Shown here piece by piece: positions 12,521-24,777 of a stretch of 64,000 nt of DNA. Both the position numbers and the translations under genes were made by a program. The notes beneath the pieces are model-generated. The model ran no database searches, was not told the DNA's origin, and saw only the letters and a program-made list of their open reading frames with translations. The DNA is from Narcine bancroftii. Lineage: Eukaryota. The DNA lies in contig NC_091479.1 of the NCBI RefSeq assembly GCF_036971445.1, positions 79,856,001-79,920,000 of the forward strand, written 5' to 3'. Position 1 is the first letter of the stretch. Every line of letters begins with the position of its first letter.

Positions 12521-13611
12521 ACCAACACCTATCAATAGTTGACAGACCACTAAAAACCTTCTTTATGTTCACAAGGATTTTCATTTGGTGTTTATCTTTA
12601 CAATGTTGAATAAGATGAGAAAAAGGAACCACGATGAAGTCTGGCAGAGGAAATTGATGCTCAACGGAACAAACTTTAAGATATTTCAAAATATATGATG
12701 AACTGGATCTCTGGAAGCAAAATTGAAGTAACAGGAAAATGAAGAATCCAATATTTTAAAACTGCAGCTCATAATCAATGATTTAAAACAGGCAAAATTC
12801 ACTTTAAAAATAGATTAAGCTAAAGAAATATCTGAAGGATGGGTGAAGAAAATCCACAAGCTAGTGCTTGTGAAATACTGTTCAGTAAAACTCATGTTCC
12901 AATACATGTGAGTTTTGCTGTGATGGTGAGATATAGATCTTTGTAGAGATCTACAGAAAAAAAGTCAGCCAGCAAGCCGCTCCACAAGTTTAAACAGAAG
13001 TTGCCAATATTCAGATTTGGCCTCCTCAAGAGAATGAGCCTGCATCTGAAACAGATAAAAGCACATTTCAAGTACTGCCATGGCTTGTCGACTGTATAAA
13101 GAGTGGTATGATCAGCATTTGGAGCCTGCATCTTTTAATCTGATTTGAACATGAAATAAATTACAGAAAGAGTATTTCATATCCATTGTAAAATAAAGAA
13201 CAATGCCATTTATGCCTTCATTCATAGATATAATACCTGTCAATTAAAAACTGTTCTTCAGCCAAGAGGGGCCCAGAGCAGGATAGAATTTTTCTCCCAT
13301 CCAATGTATGGTTACTTCTTATGTTTTGTATACTTTTTTACATCCAACATTCTGTTTGTAGTTAAATGTCCAGTACAATTTCATGTAATTCTTTATTTCT
13401 CTTTTTGTCACCAATTTCTCTAAAGCTTATATTAGACCTTGTCTCCTGTTTCTCCCTATTCACAACTCTGCAGAAGTTTCTCCAGTTTGTTGTCTCGTAA
13501 TTGATTTTCTCTTATACATCCTGTCTCTAATTTTACATCTAGAATTTTCTGTATACAATAGCAGATTAACTACCACCTGGTCCCTAGGGTGAGCTTTAGT
13601 AAGGCCCCCAA

Positions 13612-13828
13612 AAAGAACCAAAGACTTGTTGATCCAAACCAAAGCTTTTATTAACTAAAAGACTGGAGCATATAACAAGTAGGTCGACCAGTCCAGAATG
13701 ACCTGGTCTGGCTAGGAGCAATCCTTTAAGACCTGCCAGTAGGTGTGGCTACACTCTCAGCCAATCACAGTCATCCTACACTACAATCTGTACATATACA
13801 CATTGGTGATAGAATCTGTACTATCACA
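13612..13828 (-). repeat. 3' LTR of the Gypsy element
   Basis: About 217 nt, with roughly 6-7 differences from 17016-17245 by eye. Begins TGTGATAG on the minus strand; the outer end is degraded. Confidence 0.93.
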
Positions 13829-16800
13829 TTCACCCCTTCTTTGACAACTGACCCCAGGGTAGATGGAGGTTAGGGGCTGTACCGGTCAGGGGGCCTGACC
13901 ATCCGGCGTGACCGCCGTGGTGCCAGGTTTGGGGTCGCCGGCAGGCCCATAGGGTGCGGCCACTGTTTCACTCAATACCCAACGGCGTTGTCGACAGTCT
14001 GGCCTGAGCTGGTGGAGTGGTGCTGATCCCTCTGTTCAAGCACATGACCTGGGGGAGAAGGAATAGGAGGAGGTTGGGTTAAAGGCACAGCTGCGCCTGA
14101 TCCAGATTGTGCTAGGTCCCTTACCTAGACTGTGTCCTCCCCCCCGTCTGGGTACTCAACATAGGCATAATGGGGGTTCTCATGGAGCAGAGACACTCAG
14201 TCAACCAAGGGGTCGTTCTTTGAGTACCGGACACTAGTTAGCACGTCCTGCCAGCAAGAGGTGGGGAGACCTTTGGTCCGGAGGGCATGCGTAACCGCTT
14301 TCCAGATAGTGGCATTCTCTCTTTCGACTTGCCCATTACTGCTTGGGATATAGCTGGTGGTCCTGCTTGAAGCAATACCATGCTCCAGAAGGTACTGCCA
14401 CAGCTCTGCGCTCATAAACGAGAACCCCCTGTCACTGTGGATGTAACAGGGGTACCCGAAGATGGCGAAAATGCTGTGCAGGGCCTCTATAATTGAGGAG
14501 GCAGTCATGTCCGAGCAGGGCACAGCGAACAGGAAGCGGGAGTACTCGTCGATGCCCGTAAAGGTGTAGGTGTTACGGTTGGTCGATGGTAGAGGCCCCT
14601 TGAAGTCTACGCTGAGACGCTCAAAAGGGCACGTGGCTTTGATGACGTGGGCATTCTCCGGATGGAAGAAGTGGGGCTTGCACTCAGTGCACTCCGGGCA
14701 GGCTCGGGTCATGGAGCGAATCTCCTTGACCGTGTAGGGCAGGTTGTGAGCTTTGACAAAGTGCGTGAACCTAGTGACCCCTAGATGACAGAGCTCCTCG
14801 CCAGTCCACTTGTATGTTGGCGCAAGTCCCCCTGGAGAGCGCATCTGGCAGGTCGTTGAGTTTACCAGGCTGATACAGTATGTCATAATTAAAGGTGGAG
14901 AGCTCGATTCTCCACCTGGCGATTTTGTCATTCTTGATTTTACCTCACTGGGTATTGGTAAACATGAAGAGACCACACATTGGTCGGTCAGCAGCGTAAA
15001 GCGCCTGCCAGTGAGGTAGCGTCTCCAATGACGTACTACTTTGACTATGGCCTGGGCCTCCTTCTCGACAGAGGAGTGTCAGCTCTCAGGATCCTGGAGG
15101 GTTCTGGAGAAGAAGGTTACCGGCCGGTCAGCCTGGTTCAAAGTGGCTGCCAGTGCAAAGTCAGACTCACACACCTCGCTTGTGATGAATTTCCTGTGTT
15201 CATAACTATATTGCCGGCTTTTGGTGGCCACAGGCTTCAGCCAGGGGTGAGGTTTGCGAAAAGCGCTGGCGGAGCAACTCTGAGGATGGAGAGACTACAG
15301 GTGAGGCCCCGGGGCGCGGGGGCGGGTGGCTTGGGCTGCCGCTGGCAGGAGGCTTCCGGGGTGGAGTGGTTACAGACAGAGAGTGGAGCGTGAGGCCCCC
15401 CAAAGTGCAGGGAAATGGTTTGAAATTGGCACTGAAATTCCAGTCCCAGCAGTGCAAGGGCACACAATTGGGGAAGAACTAATAGTTTGAAGTCTGTGAC
15501 CATGATGCCCTGGACTTTCAGGGTTGCCACGCAGTACCCCTTTACCCCAGTCGAGTGCAATCTGGTCGACAATGAAATTCTCTGTGTAGTGGGGAGAATA
15601 GCCAGTCCGCAACAGTGGGCCAGGTCTAGGGGGATAAAACTGTCAGTTGACCCCGAGTCAAATAAGCAATTGGTATAGTGTCCATGCACTTTAATCAGTT
15701 CCATAGCTTTTGTGAGGGGCTGGGGGAAGAACTGGTCGAGGGATATTGATGCGGAGACTTCTAATGGGGACAGTGGAGTCCTGCATGATGACATCTCGCA
15801 ACGTGTGCGTGATATCTTCACGCAAACAGTTGAGCAGGAAGAGACAGCGTCGAGGAGTTGGTGTTGCTGCCTGCAGCCTGCTGGGGGTGTCGGCCAGCCA
15901 ACGGTAAGTGTTGGGGGTCGCTGTTTGCTTTCGGTGATGGGGCGATTAGTCTGGCGGTCAGCAGCAGCAGGTCCCTGGTCGGCAGTGTCAGGTCCCCGGT
16001 TGGCAGCGTCAGTCGCAGTTGCTGGTACCTGGTCAGCTGCCTCGGTGGTGGTGGGTCCCTGGTCGGCGGTGGCGGCGGGTCCCTGGTTGGCAGTGGTGGT
16101 GGCCGTTGAGGTCGGGGCTGGGGCCTGGTCGGACGCTGATTCAGCGAGGGTGGGTTGTACCTTCCACGTCTGCCCCGTGACGTCAGGTGCTGCTGCGTGG
16201 TGGAGCCCTCGCTCTCATTGGACAAGAACTCTGAGGAAGAAGTGTTTGAAATGGTGTGTGGTGATTGGGCTTCACACGAGGCAGTGTTTGACGGCGGCCA
16301 TTTTGGTGCGACAGACTACAGCAAAGTGGCCGTTTTTAAGGCACTTCTGGCACCTGGCTTTTCTTGCTGGGCACTGGGACCTGCTGTACTTGTTCCTCCC
16401 ACAGAAATAACACTTTGGGGTTGCATCGGGCAGCATAGCGGCAGTAGTAGGGTAGAGGGAGGGCATCCTACTCACATCAGAGTGTGGGGTCCACCCCGAG
16501 AGTACATATCCATACTTAAGACCGCAGCTTCCATCGTCTCTGCGATCCGGATCATGTCCTCTAGGTTTTCTCCCCCATGCTCCAGCAGACGTTGCCTCAC
16601 CTCATTCGATCGAACCCCGGCCACATAGGCATCCCGAATCAGATTGTCTGTGGTCTCCGCAGCAGTTCTGTCTGTGCAGGCACAGTCTTTGCACATTGCC
16701 CTTAGTGCCTGAATATAAGCTCTTCAGGACTCACCAGGCTGTTGCCTCCTTGTAGCAAGTTTGTACCGAGCATAGACCCCATTCATCGGCTAGTAGAGTC

Positions 16801-17015
16801 CTTTCAGCACCTTCATGGCTGCGGCGTAAGTGGTCGCATCCTGGACACTCTGGTAGACTCTCGGGGACACCATAGTCATCAATATTAGTAGTTGATGGTT
16901 GTCCTCTATCACGGCAGGGTCAGAGAGCTGTAAGTATGTTTTGAAGCATCTCACCCAGTGCTTAAAGTCATTCGAGGCTGTAGCTGACTGTGGGTCGATG
17001 TCGAGCTAATAAAAT

Positions 17016-17245
17016 TGTAGAGCATGTCGAAAGAACCAAAGACTTGTTGATCCAAACCAAGGCTTTTATAACTAAAAGACTGGAGCATATCACAAGTAGG
17101 TTGACCAGTCCAGAATGACCTGGTCTGGCTAGGAGCAATCCTTTAAGACCTGCCAGTAGGTGTGACTACACTCTCAGCCAATCACAGTCATCCTACAGTA
17201 CAATCTGTACATATACACATTGGTGATAGAATCTGTACTATCATA
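17016..17245 (-). repeat. 5' LTR of the Gypsy element
   Basis: Direct repeat of 13612-13828, ending ...CTACA on the minus strand. Confidence 0.93.
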
Positions 17246-17759
17246 CAACCGAGACCAGGGTACCCTTTTCTTCATATAGATGCTATGTGACCTGCTGCAG
17301 CACATTTGTGTATTGCATTACAATTGCAGTGTCTGCAGTCATGGGCACGGTAAACATAATATATGCAAAAGCACAGAAATATCTCGGGTGGCTCGGTCCC
17401 CCTTACCCTCCGGACCTCTAGGCTTCATCCTACTCAGCCTAATGGTTAATCTGCCACTTTCTGTATGCATCATTTCCTTCCCCCATGTTTCTTCTTCTGA
17501 AACATCTCACTATAATTGGACACAATTATTTCAAAATAACTGAACATCTGTCTGTAACTTTTCAAAACCTTTTTGAAATTATCTATTGTTGTTTGCAACT
17601 CCACATTTTTCTTTTTATCTTTTAAATTTTTAGATAATAATCTCAGTATTTCTGTTTCTCTCTTGGTTTAGGTGTGCAATTAGTTTATATTTCCTTTCTT
17701 ACCTGAGAGACCACAAACAAAGAGATTGTACCAGTCTTTCCTTACAGAGGTAGATTCAA

Positions 17760-18260
17760 GTAAAAACACAATGCTAAAGAAACTCAGCAGATCAAACAAT
17801 GTAATTTATATAGCAAAGATACACTGTTTGACCTGCTGAGGGTGAGGACAAGTTCTGCCAGCTGGTGCTGGAGGGGGACTGGTTGGGTCTGTTGTCAAGA
17901 AAGAAACAAGGGCTTTGAGGCCTTTGGTGGGGGGGGGGGGGGATGGAGGAGTATAGTGAATGGATGTCCATGGTGAAGGTGAAGTGATCGAGTTCATGGA
18001 ACTGGAAGATGTTGTAGTGATGGAGGGTGTGTGAAGTATTGTGAACGTAAGTGACGAGGGACTGGACGGGGGTCAAAACTGAGTCGATGCTAGTGGAGAC
18101 TAGTTCGGGGGTGGGGGGCAGAAGCACGTGAGAACGATGGGTCTTCTGGGACATTAGGGTTTGTGGATTCTGAATCTTTCTGTGCAGTCTCCTTGGCTTC
18201 TTGCCAAGCCCTGTGCATCCAACCTTAGTCCATGAGGGGAAGAATGAACCAACCCTGGTC
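17760..18260 (-). mobile_element. Penelope-like retroelement fragments
   Basis: FTMDIHSLYSSIP RT motif in ORF 17792-18337, and similarity to 51240-51480. Confidence 0.7.
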
Positions 18261-18539
18261 ACCTCGCCCGAAGACCAACCTGGACTGACACCCCTTCCAG
18301 GGTGCGAAGACCAATTGAAACCCTCACCAGAGTCCACTCCTCAACTATGAGACCAGCATCTTTCTTTGGGGGGGTGGAGGGGTGCACGATATGCCTTGAT
18401 AGGGTAGTAGAGCCAGAGCAACAGGAGATTTCTTCCTTTCACATCTGCACGAAGATCAGTTCTTTAACATTTTTAAGTGATTATTTTCCCCTCCCCCCCG
18501 CGACCAAACATCTACAAATGTTCTTATTTTAAAAGCAGG

Positions 18540-18850
18540 TGATGGACCTCTCCGTCCCTCAGGCAAAACGAGGGCGGCCTGGGCTTGTCCAGTAGCAACG
18601 GGTGTTACTGGCGGAGCGTCGAATGAGGATGCAGCTTTTTGAGAGGTGCAGCGGTGGGGAGGTCGCAGGCTGCGGGCACCATGTCCCGGTGCGGAGGGTT
18701 GGGGACGGTGCTGCGGCGGGGGCTGCGATTCCTGCAGGGTCGCGATGTCAGGGCATTTCCCATCAGAAGGTGGGTGATCTTGGGCATTGAGAGGCGGCTG
18801 GAGAGAGGAGAGGGACGGGGGAGGGGGGTCGTGCACCCATGACCAGACTG
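18540..18850 (+). promoter_or_regulatory. CpG/GC-rich promoter and first exon region of NDUFB2
   Basis: Local CpG enrichment, a GGGCGG box at about 18572 and Kozak context GCACCATG at 18676-18683. Confidence 0.7.
18681..18769 (+). CDS. NDUFB2: NDUFB2 exon 1 (mitochondrial targeting peptide)
   Basis: MSRCGGLGTVLRRGLRFLQGRDVRAFPIR(R), Arg-rich. The donor AAG|GTGGGT is in phase 2, compatible with exon 2. Confidence 0.82.
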
Positions 18851-18954
18851 CTGGACAAGACTGGTCGAATCCACAACAGTGACACTCAGCTGATGGGTTT
18901 GCAGATCAGGAAGTATATTGGGGGGGAAGGTGTCGGCATTTGTTACCTATCCCT

Positions 18955-19810
18955 CATTGAATTAGAACTTATTGTCATGAGTATATCACAAAAAAAATTG
19001 TTGTTGTGTGGCAGGATCGCTGCAAATATTGCGATAAATCATGTTTAAAGCTAAATTAGCGCAAAAATGAGGTGGTGTCGGTGGTTCATTGTCCATTCAG
19101 GAATCTGGTGGCCGAGGGGAAGCTTCAGGCTCCTGTACTTCCTTCCCAATACTAGCAGTGGGAGGAGGGCATTGCCTGGGTGGCGAGGGTCCTTGAGGCG
19201 AGTGGCTGCTCTCGTAAGACACTGGCTTTTGTAGATGTTTTTGATGGAATTAAAGATTTATGTCGACGATGGCGCTGGCTGAGTTCACAACTCTATAGTC
19301 CGCCCCCCCCCCCACCATACCAGACAATGACACAACCAGACAGAATGCTCTCCACCAGTAGAAATTTGCAAGAGTCTTTGGTGACAGACCAAATCATCTC
19401 AAACTCCTCACAAAGTATAGCTGCTGGAGAGCCTTCTTGTGATTGCATTGGCATGGAGGCCCCAGGACAGATCTTCAGAGATGCTGACATTCTTAACCCT
19501 TCCCATTGCTGATCCCTCAATGAGAACTGGTTTGTGTTTTGATTTCCTCCCCCTCCTGAAGTCCACAATCAGCTCCTTACTTTTGCTAATGTTGAATGCA
19601 AGTTGTTGTTGAGACAACTCTCAAATAGCTGATCTAGCTCCCAACTGTTTACTGCCTCATTGCCATCTGTGATTCTGCCAACAACCTTCATTGGGAAATT
19701 TGTAGATGCCATTTGAATTGTGCCCAGCCACACAGTCATGGGTTGAGAGTGAGTAGAGCAGTGGGATAAGCACCCATCCTGGGGTGCAATTGTATTGATT
19801 GCTGCTTAGA
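18955..19810 (-). mobile_element. Rex1/Babar-like LINE 3' fragment
   Basis: ISKSKELIVDFR, EDLSW and VESILSGCVIVWYG motifs in broken frames, with the tail near 18957. Confidence 0.8.
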
Positions 19811-20384
19811 GTTTCTGAACTCCTGATTCTGCTGTTAGGTTGGTGAAGGACAAATGATAAACTCGGGTCAGGTTGGTATGAGTTAGGAAAAAAACTTGCA
19901 GATGGTGTTTTTCTCTTGTATGTGGTAGAGATTGTCAAGTTTACACTTTTGGAGTGGTCGTGGTAGTATATTTAGTAAGTGGTGTATGGTGTGTTAATGG
20001 GAGTTCAAATAAATGTTTTGATTTGTGGATGGGATGTCCCAGATAGCGTTGAACTTCTTGCTAACCTTGTACTCATCAAAGTAAGTAGAGAATGCTCTAC
20101 CTCGCTCTGGCAAACCTTGTCAGAAGCAAGATTTTGATACATCAGGATGTAATTTGCTTTTGGAGGATACCTAGTTTCTTGTAGCTATGGGAGATCCATT
20201 TGCATTTATGTTTAATGGCAATTGCTGAGAAACTTAATGATGGAGATACCAGGTGATGATACAATTATTAAGTGTAAGAACTTAATAAATGAGAGCAAGA
20301 ATTGACAATTGAACCCTTCAAGCTGTTTCCACCATTTATTGTTCATTTCCCTGTACTGACCCCATATCTGTTGATTCTTGTAAT

Positions 20385-20950
20385 CTTTCTTTGGCTTGGC
20401 TTCGCGGACGAAGATTTATGGAGGGGGTAAATGTCCACGTCAGCTGAAGGCTCGTTTGTGGCTGACAAGTCCGATGCGGGACAGGCAGACACGGTTGCAG
20501 CGGTTGCAGGGGAAAATTGGTTGGTTGGGGTTGGGTGTTGGGTTTTTCCTCCTTGTCTTTTGTCAGTGAGGTGGGCTCTGCGGTCTTCTTCAAAGGAGGT
20601 TGCTGCCCGCCGAACTGTGAGGCGCCAAGATGCACGGTTTGAGGCGATATCAGCCCACTGGCGGTGGTCAATGTGGCAGGCACCAAGAGATTTCTTTAGG
20701 CAGTCCTTGTACCTCTTCTTTGGTGCACCTCTGTCACGGTGGCCAGTGGAGAGCTCGCCATATAACACCATCTTGGGAAGGCGATGGTCCTCCATTCTGG
20801 AGACGTGACCTACCCAGCGCAGTTGGATCTTCAGCAGTGTGGATTTGATGCTGTCAGCCTCTGCCATCTCGAGTACTTCGATGTTAGGGATGAAGTGGCT
20901 CCAATGAATGTTGAGGATGGAGCGGAGACAATGCTGGTGGAAGCGTTCTA
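20385..20950 (-). mobile_element. Young RTE LINE 3' fragment with 12-bp TSD
   Basis: Same family as 3772-4456, flanked by the direct repeat GATTCTTGTAAT at 20373-20384 and 20951-20962. Confidence 0.95.
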
Positions 20951-21595
20951 GATTCTTGTAATATTAAGAAGCTTAACACCATCCAGGACAAAGCAGCTCA
21001 TTTGAGTTACATGCCATCCACCATAAAGGAGGAAAATTTCAATGCATACATACAAGATTATTTTTTAAGCAGAAGGTGGAGTGGCAGGATTTTTAACACT
21101 GGTACTAGCAATGCGACAAAGTTCATTTGTAATTTTATTTCAAAAACCCTCTGGAGAATGGTCATAATAATGTACAAAATAATTTAAAAATAACTATAAA
21201 TGGCCTGTTTAGCCTGGAATGATGTTTCTAAATTCATCTGAAAATTATAATGGAAATCCTTCATCATATTGGTATAATGTTGCACATATAGGAGATTATA
21301 TCAGAAATTCAGGTATTTTAACAAAATTGTAAAACACAGCCTGCACTGTTTTCCTGTGACTTCATAAATTGTTCATCTTTCCGAAGAAGCCCAGATGTTG
21401 GATGGGTTGTTGAGCACTAACAAAGTTGATGGTTATAGGGTTAATGATGAAGATCTTCTTCCATGCCTTTGTTGAATGGTGGACTAGGCCTAAGAAATTA
21501 TATTTCCTGCTCCCATTTCTTAGATTTTGTTATATTTATGGTTGTATTTTCTAGCATGTGTACATTACTTCCCCTCCCCCCCTTGCTTTTTCCAG

Positions 21596-21740
21596 AGCCA
21601 GCGATGAGGTCCACATCAAGCCTCGATATCGGCAATATCCAGAGTTAACCAAAAATCAGGTGTTCCAGGCTGAGTTTCTTAGTGGTTTCATGTGGTTCTG
21701 GATTTTATGGCATCTGTGGCATGATCCTGATGCAGTCTTT
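21596..21740 (+). CDS. NDUFB2: NDUFB2 exon 2 (complex I subunit AGGG)
   Basis: ttccAG|a [48 protein letters not shown]|GTGAGT, 145 nt. It matches the NDUFB2 VHIEPRYRQFP...MWFWILW motif. Confidence 0.96.
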
Positions 21741-23223
21741 GTGAGTACTTTTTGAACTCCAATGTTCTTCATTGCTACTGCATTAACTTATAATTTTCAT
21801 TTCCCATCTTTGTGTCCCAAATTATGTGTCCTACTGTATATTACATTTTCACTCTCAATTTGCAGATTGGTTTCTTTTTAGAAATAACTCAAGTTATTTC
21901 ATGTTCTATTTTTGATTCTGTGGTATTGACTCTCAATTTTTTTTTAATGTAAAATAAATTACAGACACCTTAACCTTTAAATCATTTAATTGGAGTGGTA
22001 ATGTGAAAGGAAAACAAGTCTTTGTAGTTTTTGTAGAAGTTTGGTCTTCCAGCACCAGTGTGGGACTGAACCTAGAGAACTAACTGCCCATGGCCTGCAA
22101 CACTGGACTTCCCATAGAGCCCAATGAGACAACACGTGTTTTTGCAGGCACACAGCTATTAGGATAGAGAACTTCCCAAAATACAGTATTTCCATTCAAA
22201 TTAATAGAAAAAAAATTACCTGCCTGGGGGAAAAAGATGAGCAAAGCTCATTTAAATAAATAATAATATTTTTATGATTTCATGTTTACTTCTAGGGTTA
22301 GGAAGTTTTAAGAAAAATTTGCAAACATTCAATAAGAGTGGCTGATTTTTAATCTAATAACTTGGGATCAGTCTTGCATTAATCAGCTGTCTTTAGCAAA
22401 AGAGGCCATCACAATACACAAGGACAGTATCAGCTAAAATTTTAAGCTATGCCATACAAGAACAGATGAGCAGCAATATGATCCATAAAGAAACCTTAAA
22501 GGTGTTTAAATGTAATGTGAGGGGAGGACCAGAATAGGATGCAAAATTCTTGGAGAGTTCTAGAACTGGAGAGAGAAAAAAGTGATTGCTGAAAATTAAA
22601 AAAAACTGAAGGTCAATGTTATTGGCTGAATAGGGGCAGCAGAGTTCAGTAAACTAAAAAAAATCTGTAATGCTAACATTTCTTACATTGTTGAGGTCAT
22701 AGAAGGTTACTATAGTTAGTTAATTTTTTTATGTTAATTTTGCTCAATAATTCTTATTCAGCTATAATTTGAGGGGCTGATCTGGCCTACAGGTATAAAC
22801 AATATTACTTTAGAACAAGAAAAGGAACTTTTGTATTAAGAGTAGTTTAAAGATGTTACCATATAATGTATGCAACTAACAGCTAATAATACCAAAAGAT
22901 AAAGGGTTGAGCTGTGACTTTGGGCAGTTATCTAGAGACAATTTAAAAGAATATGTGGACAAACATTGCTGTCAGAGGTTTCTGTAATAAAGCCTAATTA
23001 GTCAATGACTTAATGTCAGTGCATGAAGGTAGTTTATTAAAGTTTGATTTTCTGTTGATATAAATAACTAATTATTTCTTCAAAAATCTAAACACACCTG
23101 GACAAGATTCAATTTCAAAAGAAACTTCTTTCCTCAATGTTTTACATAATGATTTAGATATAAGTGTCTTCAAGCAACTATCCCTACCACCCATGCAGTA
23201 AAAGCTGACATTTGTAATTACAG

Positions 23224-23298
23224 GGTCATTTCCCTTACCCTGATCCCTCCAAATGGACTGATGAGGAGTTGGGAATACCTCCAATTGATGAGGAATAA
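23224..23298 (+). CDS. NDUFB2: NDUFB2 exon 3 (last coding exon; exon continues to the donor at 23323)
   Basis: tacAG|GHFPYPDPSKWTDEELGIPPIDEE*, the hallmark NDUFB2 C-terminus. A GTAAGT donor lies 25 nt after the stop. Confidence 0.96.
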   Translation, partial: GHFPYPDPSKWTDEELGIPPIDEE

Positions 23299-24648
23299 TT
23301 AGAAGGTGCTTTTCTGAAAAAAAGTAAGTAAATTAATTGATTGTGCCTGCAGAGTTGAAGAATTATCAAAGGCTTTTATTATCTTTGAACAAGCACATGG
23401 TTTTGTTTAAATTTGCATCCTTCTGTGGTGCAGAGTACTACAATGGGGTGCTGTTTCCAGACTTTAGACCTTTTTATGGTGAGTCTTTCTGCAGAGCTCG
23501 GTCGGGAGCCAGCTTCCAGAGCTGCAGAAGCACCACCTGCCACTGTGATGTCAAACTTGTGCAGCGAGAAAGGAAAGTGACCTATACTCAAATATGGTGA
23601 CCAAAGAGCATGTAAGAAGGCTTGTGGAGATCTGTGCAAGCAGTCTTCGTACTCCGGCAGATCTCCTGTGCAACGTAATAGCCTCTATTAACCATGAATT
23701 TTGTAATTTTCACTCCTGGGGCGCAGGCTGATGTTGTCATCATGACGTCATCAGCCTTCCTCTTTGGAGCCACTTTCGGCGGCGTTTCTTTTACGGAGGA
23801 GGTGGAGCGACTTTACTCCACCAAAACACCTTGAATCTGAATTGTGCTTAGTTCCCTTTTTGGCCCAGTCACAAAGAACAAAGAAAATTATTAGCCCCCC
23901 CCTACCCACAGTAATCAGAATGTTGTGCTCGTGCCCCATGAGCATAAATGGTTCTACAATGTAGATTTTTTAAAATCTGTATCTTGCCTTTTTTTTCTGC
24001 TTTACTATTGTAGTTGATGCATCTTGTGTACCTGTTCAGCTGAAACAAGTAAGAATTTTAGTGCATTGTACTTACATAGATGACAATTAACTCCTATTAT
24101 GCAGTTTTGTCATGTTTTCTCAGCAATGGTTCTTCCTTCATGTGAATATAATTTTAGAGATTGATCATTCACGCACCAATTTTATAAAAAGCCCAAGGGA
24201 TGTTTTGCCCAACATCTTGCAGTGGAGAATTTTAACCCTTTATTGTAAGATTTAAACGTGGAGTTGGTTTCAAGAGAGCAAGCAGATCTCAAGTCTGCAC
24301 TGAGATGCTGACTGCTCGGGAACTATTTAACTGATGAGCAACTGATTTAATCTCATTCTTGCCCAGCAACCAGATTAATTAAAATTCCAACTGGATGCAA
24401 GTACAGAGTAGACCAATTCGATTACTTCATCTTTAAATTGGCACCTATCTCTCTCTCTCTCTATCTCTATTTAAGATTGGCTAGCTGCAGAGTCCATGGA
24501 ATAAGCTCTCAATCTTTCTATGCTGCATGCTTCCAGTATTACTCTTGTCCACCAAGCTGAAAGAGAACAGTGGTTTTCTTTTGTAAACATTTGCACTTAT
24601 TTAAAAACTAGGAAATAACAAGTATATATTTTTTTGTTTTTCTTTCAG

Positions 24649-24745
24649 TGTTTCCTTCATGGTATTTCGGGGGAAGTTCACCTGACGCTTGGAGAAGCTA
24701 CCTTCTTGTAAATTAAAGTGGAATAAATATATTAACTATATCGTA
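24649..24745 (+). other. NDUFB2: NDUFB2 non-coding terminal exon with poly(A) signal
   Basis: Strong acceptor ttttgtttttctttcAG at 24648 and AATAAA at 24722-24727. Confidence 0.7.
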
Positions 24746-24777
24746 CTATTAGTATTCTCTACTTTGTTTTAGATCAT

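Larger units (their letters stand above)
13612..17245 (-). mobile_element. Ty3/Gypsy LTR retrotransposon, internally deleted (gag-PR-[no RT]-RNaseH-IN)
   Basis: Direct LTRs at 13612-13828 and 17016-17245, with a PPT (AAAGAAGGGGTGAA) next to the 3' LTR. Also present: gag knuckles CYFCG..CP..C.KC.KNGH, protease LFDSGS, RNase H SDFALAATLNQ, and integrase HHCC, VDFKGP, HSDRG and NGQVER. Confidence 0.95.

Noticed and set aside
17671-17750. Exon-like segment with AG/GT ends upstream of NDUFB2
   Set aside because: No recognisable peptide and no partner exons, and it sits among TE fragments.
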